64,000 nt of DNA. Source: Chthoniobacteraceae bacterium. Its GTDB lineage: Bacteria > Verrucomicrobiota > Verrucomicrobiia > Chthoniobacterales > Chthoniobacteraceae. The notes under the pieces were generated by a model. It had not been told where the DNA came from. It made no database searches and saw only the letters and a program-made list of their open reading frames with translations. Positions 48,798 through 57,810 of this stretch are shown here, piece by piece. Positions within the stretch are counted from its first letter, which is position 1. Each line of letters opens with the position of its first letter. The DNA lies in contig JANNWY010000293.1 in the NCBI GenBank assembly GCA_031409335.1, forward strand, positions 1 to 64,000. Reading direction: 5' to 3'. The translations under genes and the position numbers were made by a program.

Positions 48798-48897
48798 GAT
48801 AACGCCGCACGGCGAAGCCGAGGCGCGCGGTCACCAGACACGCGCGGGTTTCGCGGAAGCATGCATGGACAGACACGCCACAGCCGGGCCGTGCCTG

Positions 48898-48921
48898 CGT
48901 CCGTTCGCGCGGACGTTTTTT
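48898..48921 (+). terminator. Terminator/attenuator-like hairpin upstream of the multiheme cytochrome
   Basis: CGTCCG-TTCGCG-CGGACG followed directly by TTTTTT, ending 32 nt before ATG 48954. Confidence 0.55.
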
Positions 48922-48953
48922 CCCCGGCGGAAATCTCAAATCCGATCACCCGC

Positions 48954-51218
48954 ATGAAAACAAAACTTCTCACCACTCTCGCGCTCAGCGCGACGTTCGT
49001 CGCCGGCGCGCTCGCCGGCAATGGCCAGCCGACGCTCATCGGCTGGAACAATCTCGGGATGCATTGCATGGACGACGACTACTCCGTCTTCACCATCCTG
49101 CCGCCCTACAACACCGTGGATGCGCACCTCATCGACGCGCAGGGCAAGCTCGTGAAAACCTCGGCGGGCTGGTCGCTCACCTATGAGGCGGTCGCCGATC
49201 TCGATGGCTCGATCAACTCCACGTCCGCGGGAAAATCGAACTTCTGGGAATTCGCGCCCGCGGCGTATGGCGCGGCGTTGCCGATGGATGCAGGCGTCGC
49301 GGGCACCTGGATGCCTGGACTTTCCAACACGCCGCAACCGCTGACGTGGAGCGGTGCGTTCAATTGGTTCGAGGGCCTCGGCATTCCCATCACGCCGATC
49401 GACGACGCGGGCCGTGCCAATTCCTACCCGATGATGCGCCTCGTCGCGCGGAATGGCACGGGCGCCGTGGTCGCGCAGTCCAACATCGTGCTGCCCGTCT
49501 CCGGCGAGATGGATTGCCGCGCCTGCCACGGCTCGAACTCCGGCCCCGATGCGCAGCCCGCGGGCGGCTGGGTGAACGATCCCATCGCCAAACGCGACTA
49601 CCGCCTCAACATCCTGCGCCTGCACGATGAGAAGCATCTCGGCGATCCAGTCTTCCAAAATGCGCTGGCGCTGGTCGGCTTCCGTGCGGACGGCCTCTTC
49701 AATACCGTGACGATCGCAAACACGCCGGTCCTTTGCGCGAAGTGCCACTCGTCCGAAGCGCTCGGCACCGCGAGCACGCCGGGCACCTCATCGCTCACCG
49801 CCGCGATGCACGCGAAGCACGCCACGGTCATCAATCCGACGAATGGCTTGATCCTGAATGACATCTCCAATCGCAGTGCCTGCTACCAATGCCATCCCGG
49901 CTCGACCACACGCTGTCTGCGCGGTGCGATGGGCGCGGCGGTCGCGACGGATGGTTCGCTGGCGATGCAATGCCAGAGCTGCCACGGCACGATGAGCGAT
50001 GTCGGTGCGCCGACGCGCACCGGCTGGCTCGACGAGCCCAACTGCCAGAACTGTCACACCGGCAGCGCCACGCAAAACAACGGACAAATCCGCTACACCA
50101 GCGCCTTCGATGCGCCCGGCCATTTGCGCCAGGCCGTCAGCCCACTCTTCGCGACGAATCCCGACACGCCACTCCCCGGCAAGTCGCTCTACCGCTTTTC
50201 CAAAGGCCACGGCGGCCTGCAATGCAGCGCGTGCCATGGCTCGACACACGCCGAATTCCCCGCCGCGCATCGCAACGACAACGTGCAAAGCGCGCAGGCC
50301 CAGGGCCACATCGGCGTGCTGGCGGAATGCACCGCGTGCCACGCCACGATGCCCGCGGCCAACGCGACCAATGCCACCAAGGGTCCGCATGGCATGCACC
50401 CGCTCGGCAATAGTTGGGCGAAGAATCACCCCGACATCGCGGAGTCGGTTGGCGTCGCGCAGTGCCGCGTCTGTCATGGCACGAATGATCGCGGGACCGT
50501 GCTGTCGCGCGCTTCCGCCAACCGGACCGTCACCACGGATAAGTTTGGCGCGAAGGCATTCTGGCGCGGCCAGGAGATCGGCTGCTACGAGTGCCACAGC
50601 GGATCGAACAGCTCGAATCCCACGACGCGCACGCGCCCCGCCGTCGCCAACGGCACGCTCAGCGTCCCCGCTGGCGGCACCGCCTCGCTCACCCTCAGCG
50701 CGACCGGCACAGGCTCGACGGTGCGCATCATCCGCCAGCCAAATCACGGCACCGTCGCGGTCAGCGGGCGCGTGGCGACTTACTTCGCCGAGGCGGGCTA
50801 CGGCGGCCCGGACAACTTCGCCTACGCCGCCAGCGATAGCGGCAGTTATGTCGATTCGACAGCGCCGGGGACCATCTCCGTCACGGTCGGCAATCTCACC
50901 GCGACGCTCGACTCCGACGGCGATGGCTTGCCGGACATCGTCGAGTACGGCCTCGGCACGTCGCCGAACTTTCCCACGGTCAGCGATGCCACGGTGCCGG
51001 CCTTCGACGTCTTCAGTGGCCAGCGTTATCTAGCCATGAACCTAGCGCGCTTCCTGCCGCCGTCCGACATCACGCTCACCGTCGAAGTCTCCGGCGATTT
51101 GCAGACCTGGCTACCCGCCACCGTCGTGACGAATTCCGCAACCCTCCTCAAAGCCCGCGACACGATTCCCGTTGGCAGCACCGCCACGCGCTTCATCCGA
51201 CTCAAAGCCAACCGATGA
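48954..51218 (+). CDS. Secreted nonaheme c-type cytochrome with Ig-like and C-terminal putative sorting domain
   Basis: Signal peptide; WNNLGMHC; nine CxxCH (CRACH, CAKCH, CYQCH, CQSCH, CQNCH, CSACH, CTACH, CRVCH, CYECH); Big_9-like YFAEAGYGGPDNFAY; DSDGDG; RFIRLK end. Confidence 0.92.
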   Translation: MKTKLLTTLALSATFVAGALAGNGQPTLIGWNNLGMHCMDDDYSVFTILPPYNTVDAHLIDAQGKLVKTSAGWSLTYEAVADLDGSINSTSAGKSNFWEFAPAAYGAALPMDAGVAGTWMPGLSNTPQPLTWSGAFNWFEGLGIPITPIDDAGRANSYPMMRLVARNGTGAVVAQSNIVLPVSGEMDCRACHGSNSGPDAQPAGGWVNDPIAKRDYRLNILRLHDEKHLGDPVFQNALALVGFRADGLFNTVTIANTPVLCAKCHSSEALGTASTPGTSSLTAAMHAKHATVINPTNGLILNDISNRSACYQCHPGSTTRCLRGAMGAAVATDGSLAMQCQSCHGTMSDVGAPTRTGWLDEPNCQNCHTGSATQNNGQIRYTSAFDAPGHLRQAVSPLFATNPDTPLPGKSLYRFSKGHGGLQCSACHGSTHAEFPAAHRNDNVQSAQAQGHIGVLAECTACHATMPAANATNATKGPHGMHPLGNSWAKNHPDIAESVGVAQCRVCHGTNDRGTVLSRASANRTVTTDKFGAKAFWRGQEIGCYECHSGSNSSNPTTRTRPAVANGTLSVPAGGTASLTLSATGTGSTVRIIRQPNHGTVAVSGRVATYFAEAGYGGPDNFAYAASDSGSYVDSTAPGTISVTVGNLTATLDSDGDGLPDIVEYGLGTSPNFPTVSDATVPAFDVFSGQRYLAMNLARFLPPSDITLTVEVSGDLQTWLPATVVTNSATLLKARDTIPVGSTATRFIRLKANR

Positions 51219-51291
51219 CTCCCGCGAACCCATGAAACTCCGCCGCTCCATCACCTTTGCAGTGCTCGGCGGGTCAGGACGAACGCTGCTT

Positions 51292-52716
51292 TTACCGCCT
51301 CGCGTATCCGTGAGGTGAGTCCCGGATGCTTGTCGCGTCAGCCTCGGCGCGCTGGATCGCGGACACTCGCGCGACTCGCAGCGCGACGCGGAATTCCGTC
51401 CAGTCCGCCTCGCTGCGCGCGAGGTCGATGCGGCCGCCGTGGGCGAGCATGATTTCGCGGCACAGGCTGAGGCCGAGCCCGAAACCCATCACCTCGCGGC
51501 TGCGCGCCGGGTCGCCGCGGAAGAACCGCTCGAAGATCCGCGCGCGGTGCTCGGCGCTGAGCCCGGGGCCGGTGTTGCCGATGGTGAGGCAGGCTTCGTC
51601 GCCCGCCGCCTTCAATCCGATGCGCACGTGTCCGCCATCGCGGTTAAATTTCACGGCGTTATCCACGAGATTGAGCAGCACCTGGCGCAGACGGCCGGGA
51701 TCGGCGAGCACTTTTACCTCGGGGAAAACTTCCGCCTCGATGGCCAGGCCGCGCGTTTCGCCAAGCAGGCGCGCGTCATCGACGGCGGCGGCGGCGATGC
51801 GGCTGAAGTCGGTCGGTTGCAGATCAAGATCGAGTTTTCCCGCATCCGAGCGCGAGAGCAGGAGCAGGCCATCGACGAGCGAGGACAGGCGGCGCACTTC
51901 ATCGAGGATCGCGTGAATGCGGGCGACGCGCGCCGCGTCGGTGGTGCCGGGAAGGAGCGCGGTTTCGAGTTCGGCGCGGAGCACGGCAAGCGGCGTGCGC
52001 AGCTCGTGCGAGGCGTCGGAGGTGAAGCGCGCGACTTGCGCGAAGCTGCCTTCGAGGCGGCCCATCATGCCGTTGAGCACTTCGGTAAGGCGGCGCAATT
52101 CGTCCTTTGCCGCAGGCATCGGGAGGCGCGCGTCGAGACTCGCGGCAGAGATGCCTTCGGCGCGCGTGGCGATTTCCTCGATCGGCTGGAGCGCGCGGCG
52201 GGCGATCCACACCGCGCCGAGCGCGAATGCGACGAGCAGGAACGGCGCGGCGATGACATAGCTGCGCAGGAGCTGGCGGAGTTTTTCGCGCGGACGCGCC
52301 AGGCTCGCGCCGAGCGAAACGGCGAGGCCGTCCGATGCGGCGGTGGCCTGGCGCACGGCGGTGTCCGCGATTTCCAAAGTGCGCACGGTGCCCGTCGCGG
52401 CGGGCTCGGTGACGCGCGGAGAATTCGCGAGCATCGTCGAGCGATAGACCGGTGTGCCATCATCGCGCACGACTTCGAGATACGGGTGAAAGGGCTCGAT
52501 CAGCGCGCGCAATTCCACCGGCTCACGTCCGGTCTCCCGCGCCTCGATCATCCGCCCGAGCACGGAGACGGCCTCGACTTGCAGCTCGCGGTCGAGCGCC
52601 TCGACTTCGCCAAAATACAAACTCACCGCGACCACGCAGCCGAACACGACGAGCGGCAGCGCGAGCATCACCGCCGACCAGACGCCGAGCCTGGTGCGGA
52701 GCGGGAGCGGTTTCAT
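51292..52716 (-). CDS. Sensor histidine kinase, heavy-metal (CusS/CzcS-like) type
   Basis: Two TMs, HAMP (KDELRRL), H-box FTSDASHELRTPL, N-box NLVDNAVKF, IFERFFR and GFGLGL. Confidence 0.93.
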   Translation of the reverse strand: MKPLPLRTRLGVWSAVMLALPLVVFGCVVAVSLYFGEVEALDRELQVEAVSVLGRMIEARETGREPVELRALIEPFHPYLEVVRDDGTPVYRSTMLANSPRVTEPAATGTVRTLEIADTAVRQATAASDGLAVSLGASLARPREKLRQLLRSYVIAAPFLLVAFALGAVWIARRALQPIEEIATRAEGISAASLDARLPMPAAKDELRRLTEVLNGMMGRLEGSFAQVARFTSDASHELRTPLAVLRAELETALLPGTTDAARVARIHAILDEVRRLSSLVDGLLLLSRSDAGKLDLDLQPTDFSRIAAAAVDDARLLGETRGLAIEAEVFPEVKVLADPGRLRQVLLNLVDNAVKFNRDGGHVRIGLKAAGDEACLTIGNTGPGLSAEHRARIFERFFRGDPARSREVMGFGLGLSLCREIMLAHGGRIDLARSEADWTEFRVALRVARVSAIQRAEADATSIRDSPHGYARR

Positions 52717-53387
52717 AGCGGCGGGCCGAAGCGGTAGCCGCTGCCGGGCACGGTGTGGATGAGCTTTGCGGGAAAGCCATCCTCCAGCTTGCGGCGCACG
52801 CGCTTCACGTACTGGTCCACGAGATTCGTCCCCGGATCGAAATGGCTGCCCCAGACGTGCTCGATGATGCTCATGCGGCCGAGCACGCGCTCCGGCGAAC
52901 GGAGGAAAAATTCGAGCAGCTCGAATTCGCGCGGCGACAAATCCACCAGCCGCCCGGCGCGCTGCACGTCGCGCGTCAGGAGATTCAGCGTCACGTCGGC
53001 GTAATGGAGCACGGTGAGTTTTTCACCCGTCACCCGCCGCAGCACGGCCTGGAGGCGCACGACGAGTTCGTCGATGGAAAACGGTTTCGGCAAATAATCA
53101 TCCGCGCCGAGCCGCAGCCCCTCGATGCGTTCATTCACCGACCCGCGCGCGGTGAGCAGCACGATGGGCACATTGTTTCCGCCCTCGCGGAGCTGGCGCA
53201 AAATGCTGAGTCCGTCGCGTCCCGGCAGCATGATGTCGAGCACCGCGGCGGCGTAGGTTTCGGATTGGAGTTTGGCGAAAGCCACGTCGCCATCTTGGAC
53301 CACCTCGGCCTCGAATTGCGCCGCGCGCAATCCGTTCGCCACAAAATCGGCGATCTTTTTTTCGTCTTCGACAACGAGGATGCGCAT
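52713..53387 (-). CDS. OmpR-family response regulator (CusR/CzcR-like)
   Basis: MRILVVEDE, LDIMLPGRDG, GADDYLPKPF, EHVWGSHFDPGTNLVD and LIHTVPGSGY. Confidence 0.95.
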   Translation of the reverse strand: MRILVVEDEKKIADFVANGLRAAQFEAEVVQDGDVAFAKLQSETYAAAVLDIMLPGRDGLSILRQLREGGNNVPIVLLTARGSVNERIEGLRLGADDYLPKPFSIDELVVRLQAVLRRVTGEKLTVLHYADVTLNLLTRDVQRAGRLVDLSPREFELLEFFLRSPERVLGRMSIIEHVWGSHFDPGTNLVDQYVKRVRRKLEDGFPAKLIHTVPGSGYRFGPPL

Positions 53388-53523
53388 GGGCAGGGATGCC
53401 ACCCGTCAGGATGCGGGTTGGAAGGTGAAACTTTGGCGGGAAGCGCGCATCCGGGGTGGGTGAAGTTTATAGCGTTAAATTTGCGGCGCGCGCCAGCGGA
53501 GGTTTGCTGCGTTGCAACATTGT

Positions 53524-53553
53524 TTGACCCCCGCCGCGGGGCGCGACTAGCTT
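53524..53553 (+). promoter_or_regulatory. sigma70-type promoter, probably giving a leaderless mRNA
   Basis: TTGACC (53524-53529), 18-nt spacer, TAGCTT (53548-53553); ATG 53561 lies 7 nt downstream with no SD sequence. Confidence 0.5.
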
Positions 53554-53560
53554 CCGCGCG

Positions 53561-55585
53561 ATGTCCCTTTGTCCAAGTCTTAATCGCAGCCGATCCCTCG
53601 TGGCATTCGCGCTGGCATTCGCCTTCACCCCAATATCCGATGGCGCGAATCCGCCGCCGCCATTCTCGCGCGCGCCCTACCTTCAATTTGCCAGCCCGAA
53701 TCGAATGCATGTGGTGTGGCGGACGGTGGGGCCGATCGAGCCAGTCGTGCGGTATGGAAAGGAACTCGGCAATCTCGATCAGGAAGTGCGCGTCGCATCC
53801 ATCGACGTGCGGTTTTCACCGGGGGCGAAAGATCAAAAAATCGCGCCCCGGTGGGAGGCATTGCGCACGCCGGAGAATCTCGCCCTGCCAAAGCTGCACT
53901 CGGCCCCGGTGGGGACGTTTCAGTACGAGGCAAGGCTCAAGGATTTGGAGCCGGACACGACTTATTATTACGCAGTGTATGATGGCGCAAAGCGGCTGAC
54001 GCCGGAGGATGCGTCCTACCGTTTCGCCACTCATCCCACTCCCGGCCCGGAGCGTCCGGTGCGCTTCTGGATCATCGGCGATGGCGGCACGGCTCGCGAG
54101 CCGCAGGCGGCCGTGCATGAGGCGATGCGCAAGGCGGTGGAGAGCGAAAAACGGCCGCTCGATTTCTGGCTTCACGTCGGAGACATGGCCTACAACACGG
54201 GACGCGATAACGAGTTTCAGACGCGGTTTTTTGAAATGTACGAGAGCACGCTGCGCAACAAAGTGTGCTGGCCGGCGATGGGAAATCACGAGGGCGGGAC
54301 ATCGAACGGCAAGACGGGGATCGGACCGTACTACGACGCGTATGTCGTGCCGACGCGCGGGCAAGCCGGTGGCGTGGCTTCGGGCACGGAGGCGTATTAT
54401 TCGTTCGACTACGCGAACATCCATTTCATCTGCCTCGATTCGCACGATCTCAGCCGCAAGCCGGGCGACCCGATGGCGAGCTGGCTGAAGGCGGATTTGG
54501 AAAAGGCGAAGTCCGACTGGCTGGTCGCATTCTGGCACCATCCGCCTTACACCAAAGGCAGCCACGACAGCGATAAGGAGGCCGATCTTACCGAAATGCG
54601 CAAACTCATTATGCCGATCATCGAGGCGGGCGGCGTGGACCTGGTGCTGACGGGGCACTCGCACATTTACGAGCGCTCGATGCTGATGGACGGCGCGTAT
54701 GCGACGCCCACGGTTTCGGAAAACGTGATCCTCGACGACGGCGACGGCGACCCCGAAGGCGACGGCGCGTATCGCAAAAGCAAGGGCATCAAGGCGCACG
54801 AAGGCACCGTGCAAATCGTCACCGGCAACGCTGGCCAGACGCTCGGGCGCGTCGGTTCGATGCCGGTGATGCGCCGGATCGTCGTCGAGCACGGCTCGGC
54901 GCTGATCGATGTGAAAGGCGACACGCTCACGGGACGGATGATCAATCGCGAGGGCGCGGAGTCGGATTTTTTCAGCATCGTGAAGCGCGGCAAAGTCACT
55001 GCCGCGCCGCTCCCGCTGCCGTGGATGCCGCCCGAATACAAGAAGCCCGAAAACGCCCCAAAAGTCGTCGCCGCACCGCCGGCGGACTTCAGCTACGCGG
55101 TGCCGCCCGGCGCGGAGTGGAAGTACACGTTCGATCTCCCGATTCGCGGGAAGGAGTGGACGCGCGCCGGCTTCGCGGAGGAAGGGTGGAAAACGGGAGC
55201 GGCGGGTTTTGGCTACGGTCGCGTGGAGTTTCGCACGGACCTCCGCGAGATGCGGCGCAAGCACACGGTGCTCTACGCGCGGCGGGAATTTCAAATCGTG
55301 CAAGCCGATCGCGTCACGGAAGTCGGTCTGCAAATCGAATTCGCCGACGCGTTCATCGCCTACATCAACGGTCGTGAAGTGGCCCGCAACGGCGTGAGCC
55401 GGGGCAGCGGTCGCAATGCCCAGGGCGTGAAGCCGCGCGAGCAGAAAGGCAGCGTGTTCATCCCGCTCCCGGACCCGCAAAAATATCTGATCGATGGAAC
55501 CAACGTCCTTTCCATCGAGGGGCACTCCAGCGCCAGTGACAGCGTGGAATTCCTGCTGAATCCCGCGCTCATCCTCGAAGACTGA
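53561..55585 (+). CDS. Secreted purple acid phosphatase-family metallophosphoesterase with C-terminal jelly-roll domain
   Basis: PAP N-terminal domain (RAPYLQ, LEPDTTYYY); metal motifs GDGG, GDMAY, GNHE, HHPPY and GHSHIYER. Confidence 0.92.
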   Translation: MSLCPSLNRSRSLVAFALAFAFTPISDGANPPPPFSRAPYLQFASPNRMHVVWRTVGPIEPVVRYGKELGNLDQEVRVASIDVRFSPGAKDQKIAPRWEALRTPENLALPKLHSAPVGTFQYEARLKDLEPDTTYYYAVYDGAKRLTPEDASYRFATHPTPGPERPVRFWIIGDGGTAREPQAAVHEAMRKAVESEKRPLDFWLHVGDMAYNTGRDNEFQTRFFEMYESTLRNKVCWPAMGNHEGGTSNGKTGIGPYYDAYVVPTRGQAGGVASGTEAYYSFDYANIHFICLDSHDLSRKPGDPMASWLKADLEKAKSDWLVAFWHHPPYTKGSHDSDKEADLTEMRKLIMPIIEAGGVDLVLTGHSHIYERSMLMDGAYATPTVSENVILDDGDGDPEGDGAYRKSKGIKAHEGTVQIVTGNAGQTLGRVGSMPVMRRIVVEHGSALIDVKGDTLTGRMINREGAESDFFSIVKRGKVTAAPLPLPWMPPEYKKPENAPKVVAAPPADFSYAVPPGAEWKYTFDLPIRGKEWTRAGFAEEGWKTGAAGFGYGRVEFRTDLREMRRKHTVLYARREFQIVQADRVTEVGLQIEFADAFIAYINGREVARNGVSRGSGRNAQGVKPREQKGSVFIPLPDPQKYLIDGTNVLSIEGHSSASDSVEFLLNPALILED

Positions 55586-56529
55586 TGCGCACTCCATCTC
55601 CACTTTCACGGTTCGCCGCGCTGCTCGTTTGCGCCGCGCCTTTTTCCGCGAATGCGCACGCGGGTCCCGAGCATGAAATCGAGGAACTTACCGCGCAGAT
55701 GAAAAAGCACGGCGAATCCGCCGAGTTACTCACCGAGCGCGCGGTGGAATATCGCGTCATGGGAAAGCTGACGGAAGCGGCGGCCGATCTCGAGCGCGCC
55801 GCCACTTACAATGCTGAATCGATCGCGATCCAGCGGGAGCTCGGGCGCGTCCTTTTGCTCGGTGGAAAATTGAACGAGGCCAACGCCGCCGCCACGCGCG
55901 GCCTGGCGATCAAGAGCGACGAGCCCGCCGATCTGGCTTCGTTGCGGATGCTGCGCGGGGAAATCCACCGCGCCCAAAACGAGAACAAGAAAGCGCTGGA
56001 GGATTGCGACGCGGGTCTGCGCCTGCACAAGCAAAACCCGGAATGGTACGTCTTCCGCAGCGACATTCAGCGGCGTCTGAAAATGCACACCGAGCGCCTC
56101 GCCGGGATTGAAGAAGGGATCAAGGAAACCGGCGCGGGCATTCTGGAAATCGAGCGCGTCGAGGCATTGATTGAAGCCGGGCAATTTCCGAAAGCGCTGA
56201 CGCTCATCGATGCCGAGCTGGCGGATTCCCGCATCAAAAGCTCGTGGCTGATCCGCCGCGCGAAGACCCTGCTCGGGCTCGGCAACAAGACCGAAGCCGA
56301 GCAAAATCTGAAATCCGCGCTGGAGGAAATCGACGAACGGCTGAACCCGAAAACGCCCGATGTCCCGCTCTTGATCGACAAGGGCGTCGCGCTGGAATTG
56401 CTCGACAAAAAGTATGAGGCGTTGCGTGCCTACGAAGAGGCGCGGGACAAAGGGGCGGGGGACATCTTGGGCGACAAGATCAAGTCGCTCCAGGAAGCGG
56501 TGCGAGCCATGCCGGTGACAAAACCTTGA
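55585..56529 (+). CDS. Secreted TPR protein
   Basis: Signal peptide ending AHAH; helical TPR repeats; 1-nt overlap (TGATG) with the phosphatase gene. Confidence 0.85.
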   Translation: MRTPSPLSRFAALLVCAAPFSANAHAGPEHEIEELTAQMKKHGESAELLTERAVEYRVMGKLTEAAADLERAATYNAESIAIQRELGRVLLLGGKLNEANAAATRGLAIKSDEPADLASLRMLRGEIHRAQNENKKALEDCDAGLRLHKQNPEWYVFRSDIQRRLKMHTERLAGIEEGIKETGAGILEIERVEALIEAGQFPKALTLIDAELADSRIKSSWLIRRAKTLLGLGNKTEAEQNLKSALEEIDERLNPKTPDVPLLIDKGVALELLDKKYEALRAYEEARDKGAGDILGDKIKSLQEAVRAMPVTKP

Positions 56530-56531
56530 GG

Positions 56532-57788
56532 CTACGCCTCTCGCGGTTCCCAGCCCGGCCGATATTCGCGCCGCCACAATTTCTTCGCGCGTTCGTCGCC
56601 AACGATTCCTGACTGCGGCACAAAGTCGATCGTCTGGCCGGTGCGCCACGCGATGTTTCCGAGATGGCACAGCAGCGTGCTCTTGTGGCCCTCCTCGATT
56701 TCGGCGTTCAGCTTTTTCCCGCCGCGGATGGCATCGATGAAATTCTGAAGATGCGAGTCGTTGCCGCCCGGACCCGTGCCGCGCGCGGTTTCTTTGCCGG
56801 CAGGATCGTGAATTGTGTAGCCACCGCCGCTGATGAGCAGGCTCCCGTTTTCACCGAAGAAAGCGACATCGTGCGCGGGATCGTGCGGCACGCGCGCGGC
56901 CCAGCTCCGGCATTCCCAGGTGATCGTTGCCGCGCCGGTGTCGAAGCTGACGACGTTCGTGTCCGGCGTTTCCTGATCGTCGTCGTCGCGCGATTTGCGG
57001 CCTGCGGACGTGGTGCGCTGCGCGTGGTCCGCGCCGAGTCCCCAGCGGCAAAGGTCGATCATGTGAACGCCGTTGTTGCCGAGTTCGCCCGTGCCCCAAT
57101 CCCAGAACCAGTGCCAGTGATACGGCACGAAGTTGTCGTGAAATATGCGCTCCGGCGCAGGCCCCTGCCACAGCGCCCAGTCGAGCCCAGTGGGAACCGG
57201 CGCGGCTTTGCCATGGCCGATTGAGGGACGGTTGTTGAAATAAAACGCCTGCGCGCTGAGCACGCGCCCGATCGCGCCGCCGCGCAGTTTCGCGATCGCC
57301 TCCTGAATCGCCGGCCAACTCCGCCGCTGCGTGCCGTGCTGCACCACGCGCTGATGCTTCCGCGCCGCGGCGACGAGCCATTCGCCTTCCTGCGGATTGT
57401 GCGAGCATGGCTTTTCCAGATAGGCGTGCTTGCCCGCCGCGCACGCGAGGATCGCCGCCGGCGCGTGCCAGTGATCGGGCGTCGCGATGACCACCGCGTC
57501 GATGTTCTTGTCATCGAGCAGCCGGCGAAAGTCGCGCTCGCCGCGCGGCGCATTGCCGGCCTTGCGCATCACCACGTCGATCGCTTTCGCGAGCGGGCGC
57601 TCGTCCACATCGCAAAGCGCCGCGACCGCGACATTCGGCAATCCGGCAAATGCCACCGCCAGTTCGCTGCCGCGCCCATTCACGCCAACGACGGCGATGG
57701 AAACTTTCGAGCTGGCATCGCCTCCGCGAACGATCGCGGGGAATGCGACGGCGGCGGCGGTCGTGCGGAGGAAATGGCGGCGGTTCAT
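56532..57788 (-). CDS. Tat-exported Gfo/Idh/MocA oxidoreductase
   Basis: MNRRHFL Tat motif; VGVNGRG, ATPDHWH, YLEKP, GTQRRS and WQGPAP. Confidence 0.95.
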   Translation of the reverse strand: MNRRHFLRTTAAAVAFPAIVRGGDASSKVSIAVVGVNGRGSELAVAFAGLPNVAVAALCDVDERPLAKAIDVVMRKAGNAPRGERDFRRLLDDKNIDAVVIATPDHWHAPAAILACAAGKHAYLEKPCSHNPQEGEWLVAAARKHQRVVQHGTQRRSWPAIQEAIAKLRGGAIGRVLSAQAFYFNNRPSIGHGKAAPVPTGLDWALWQGPAPERIFHDNFVPYHWHWFWDWGTGELGNNGVHMIDLCRWGLGADHAQRTTSAGRKSRDDDDQETPDTNVVSFDTGAATITWECRSWAARVPHDPAHDVAFFGENGSLLISGGGYTIHDPAGKETARGTGPGGNDSHLQNFIDAIRGGKKLNAEIEEGHKSTLLCHLGNIAWRTGQTIDFVPQSGIVGDERAKKLWRREYRPGWEPREA

Positions 57789-57810
57789 ATCGGAGCGATC
57801 ATCGGTTTCA

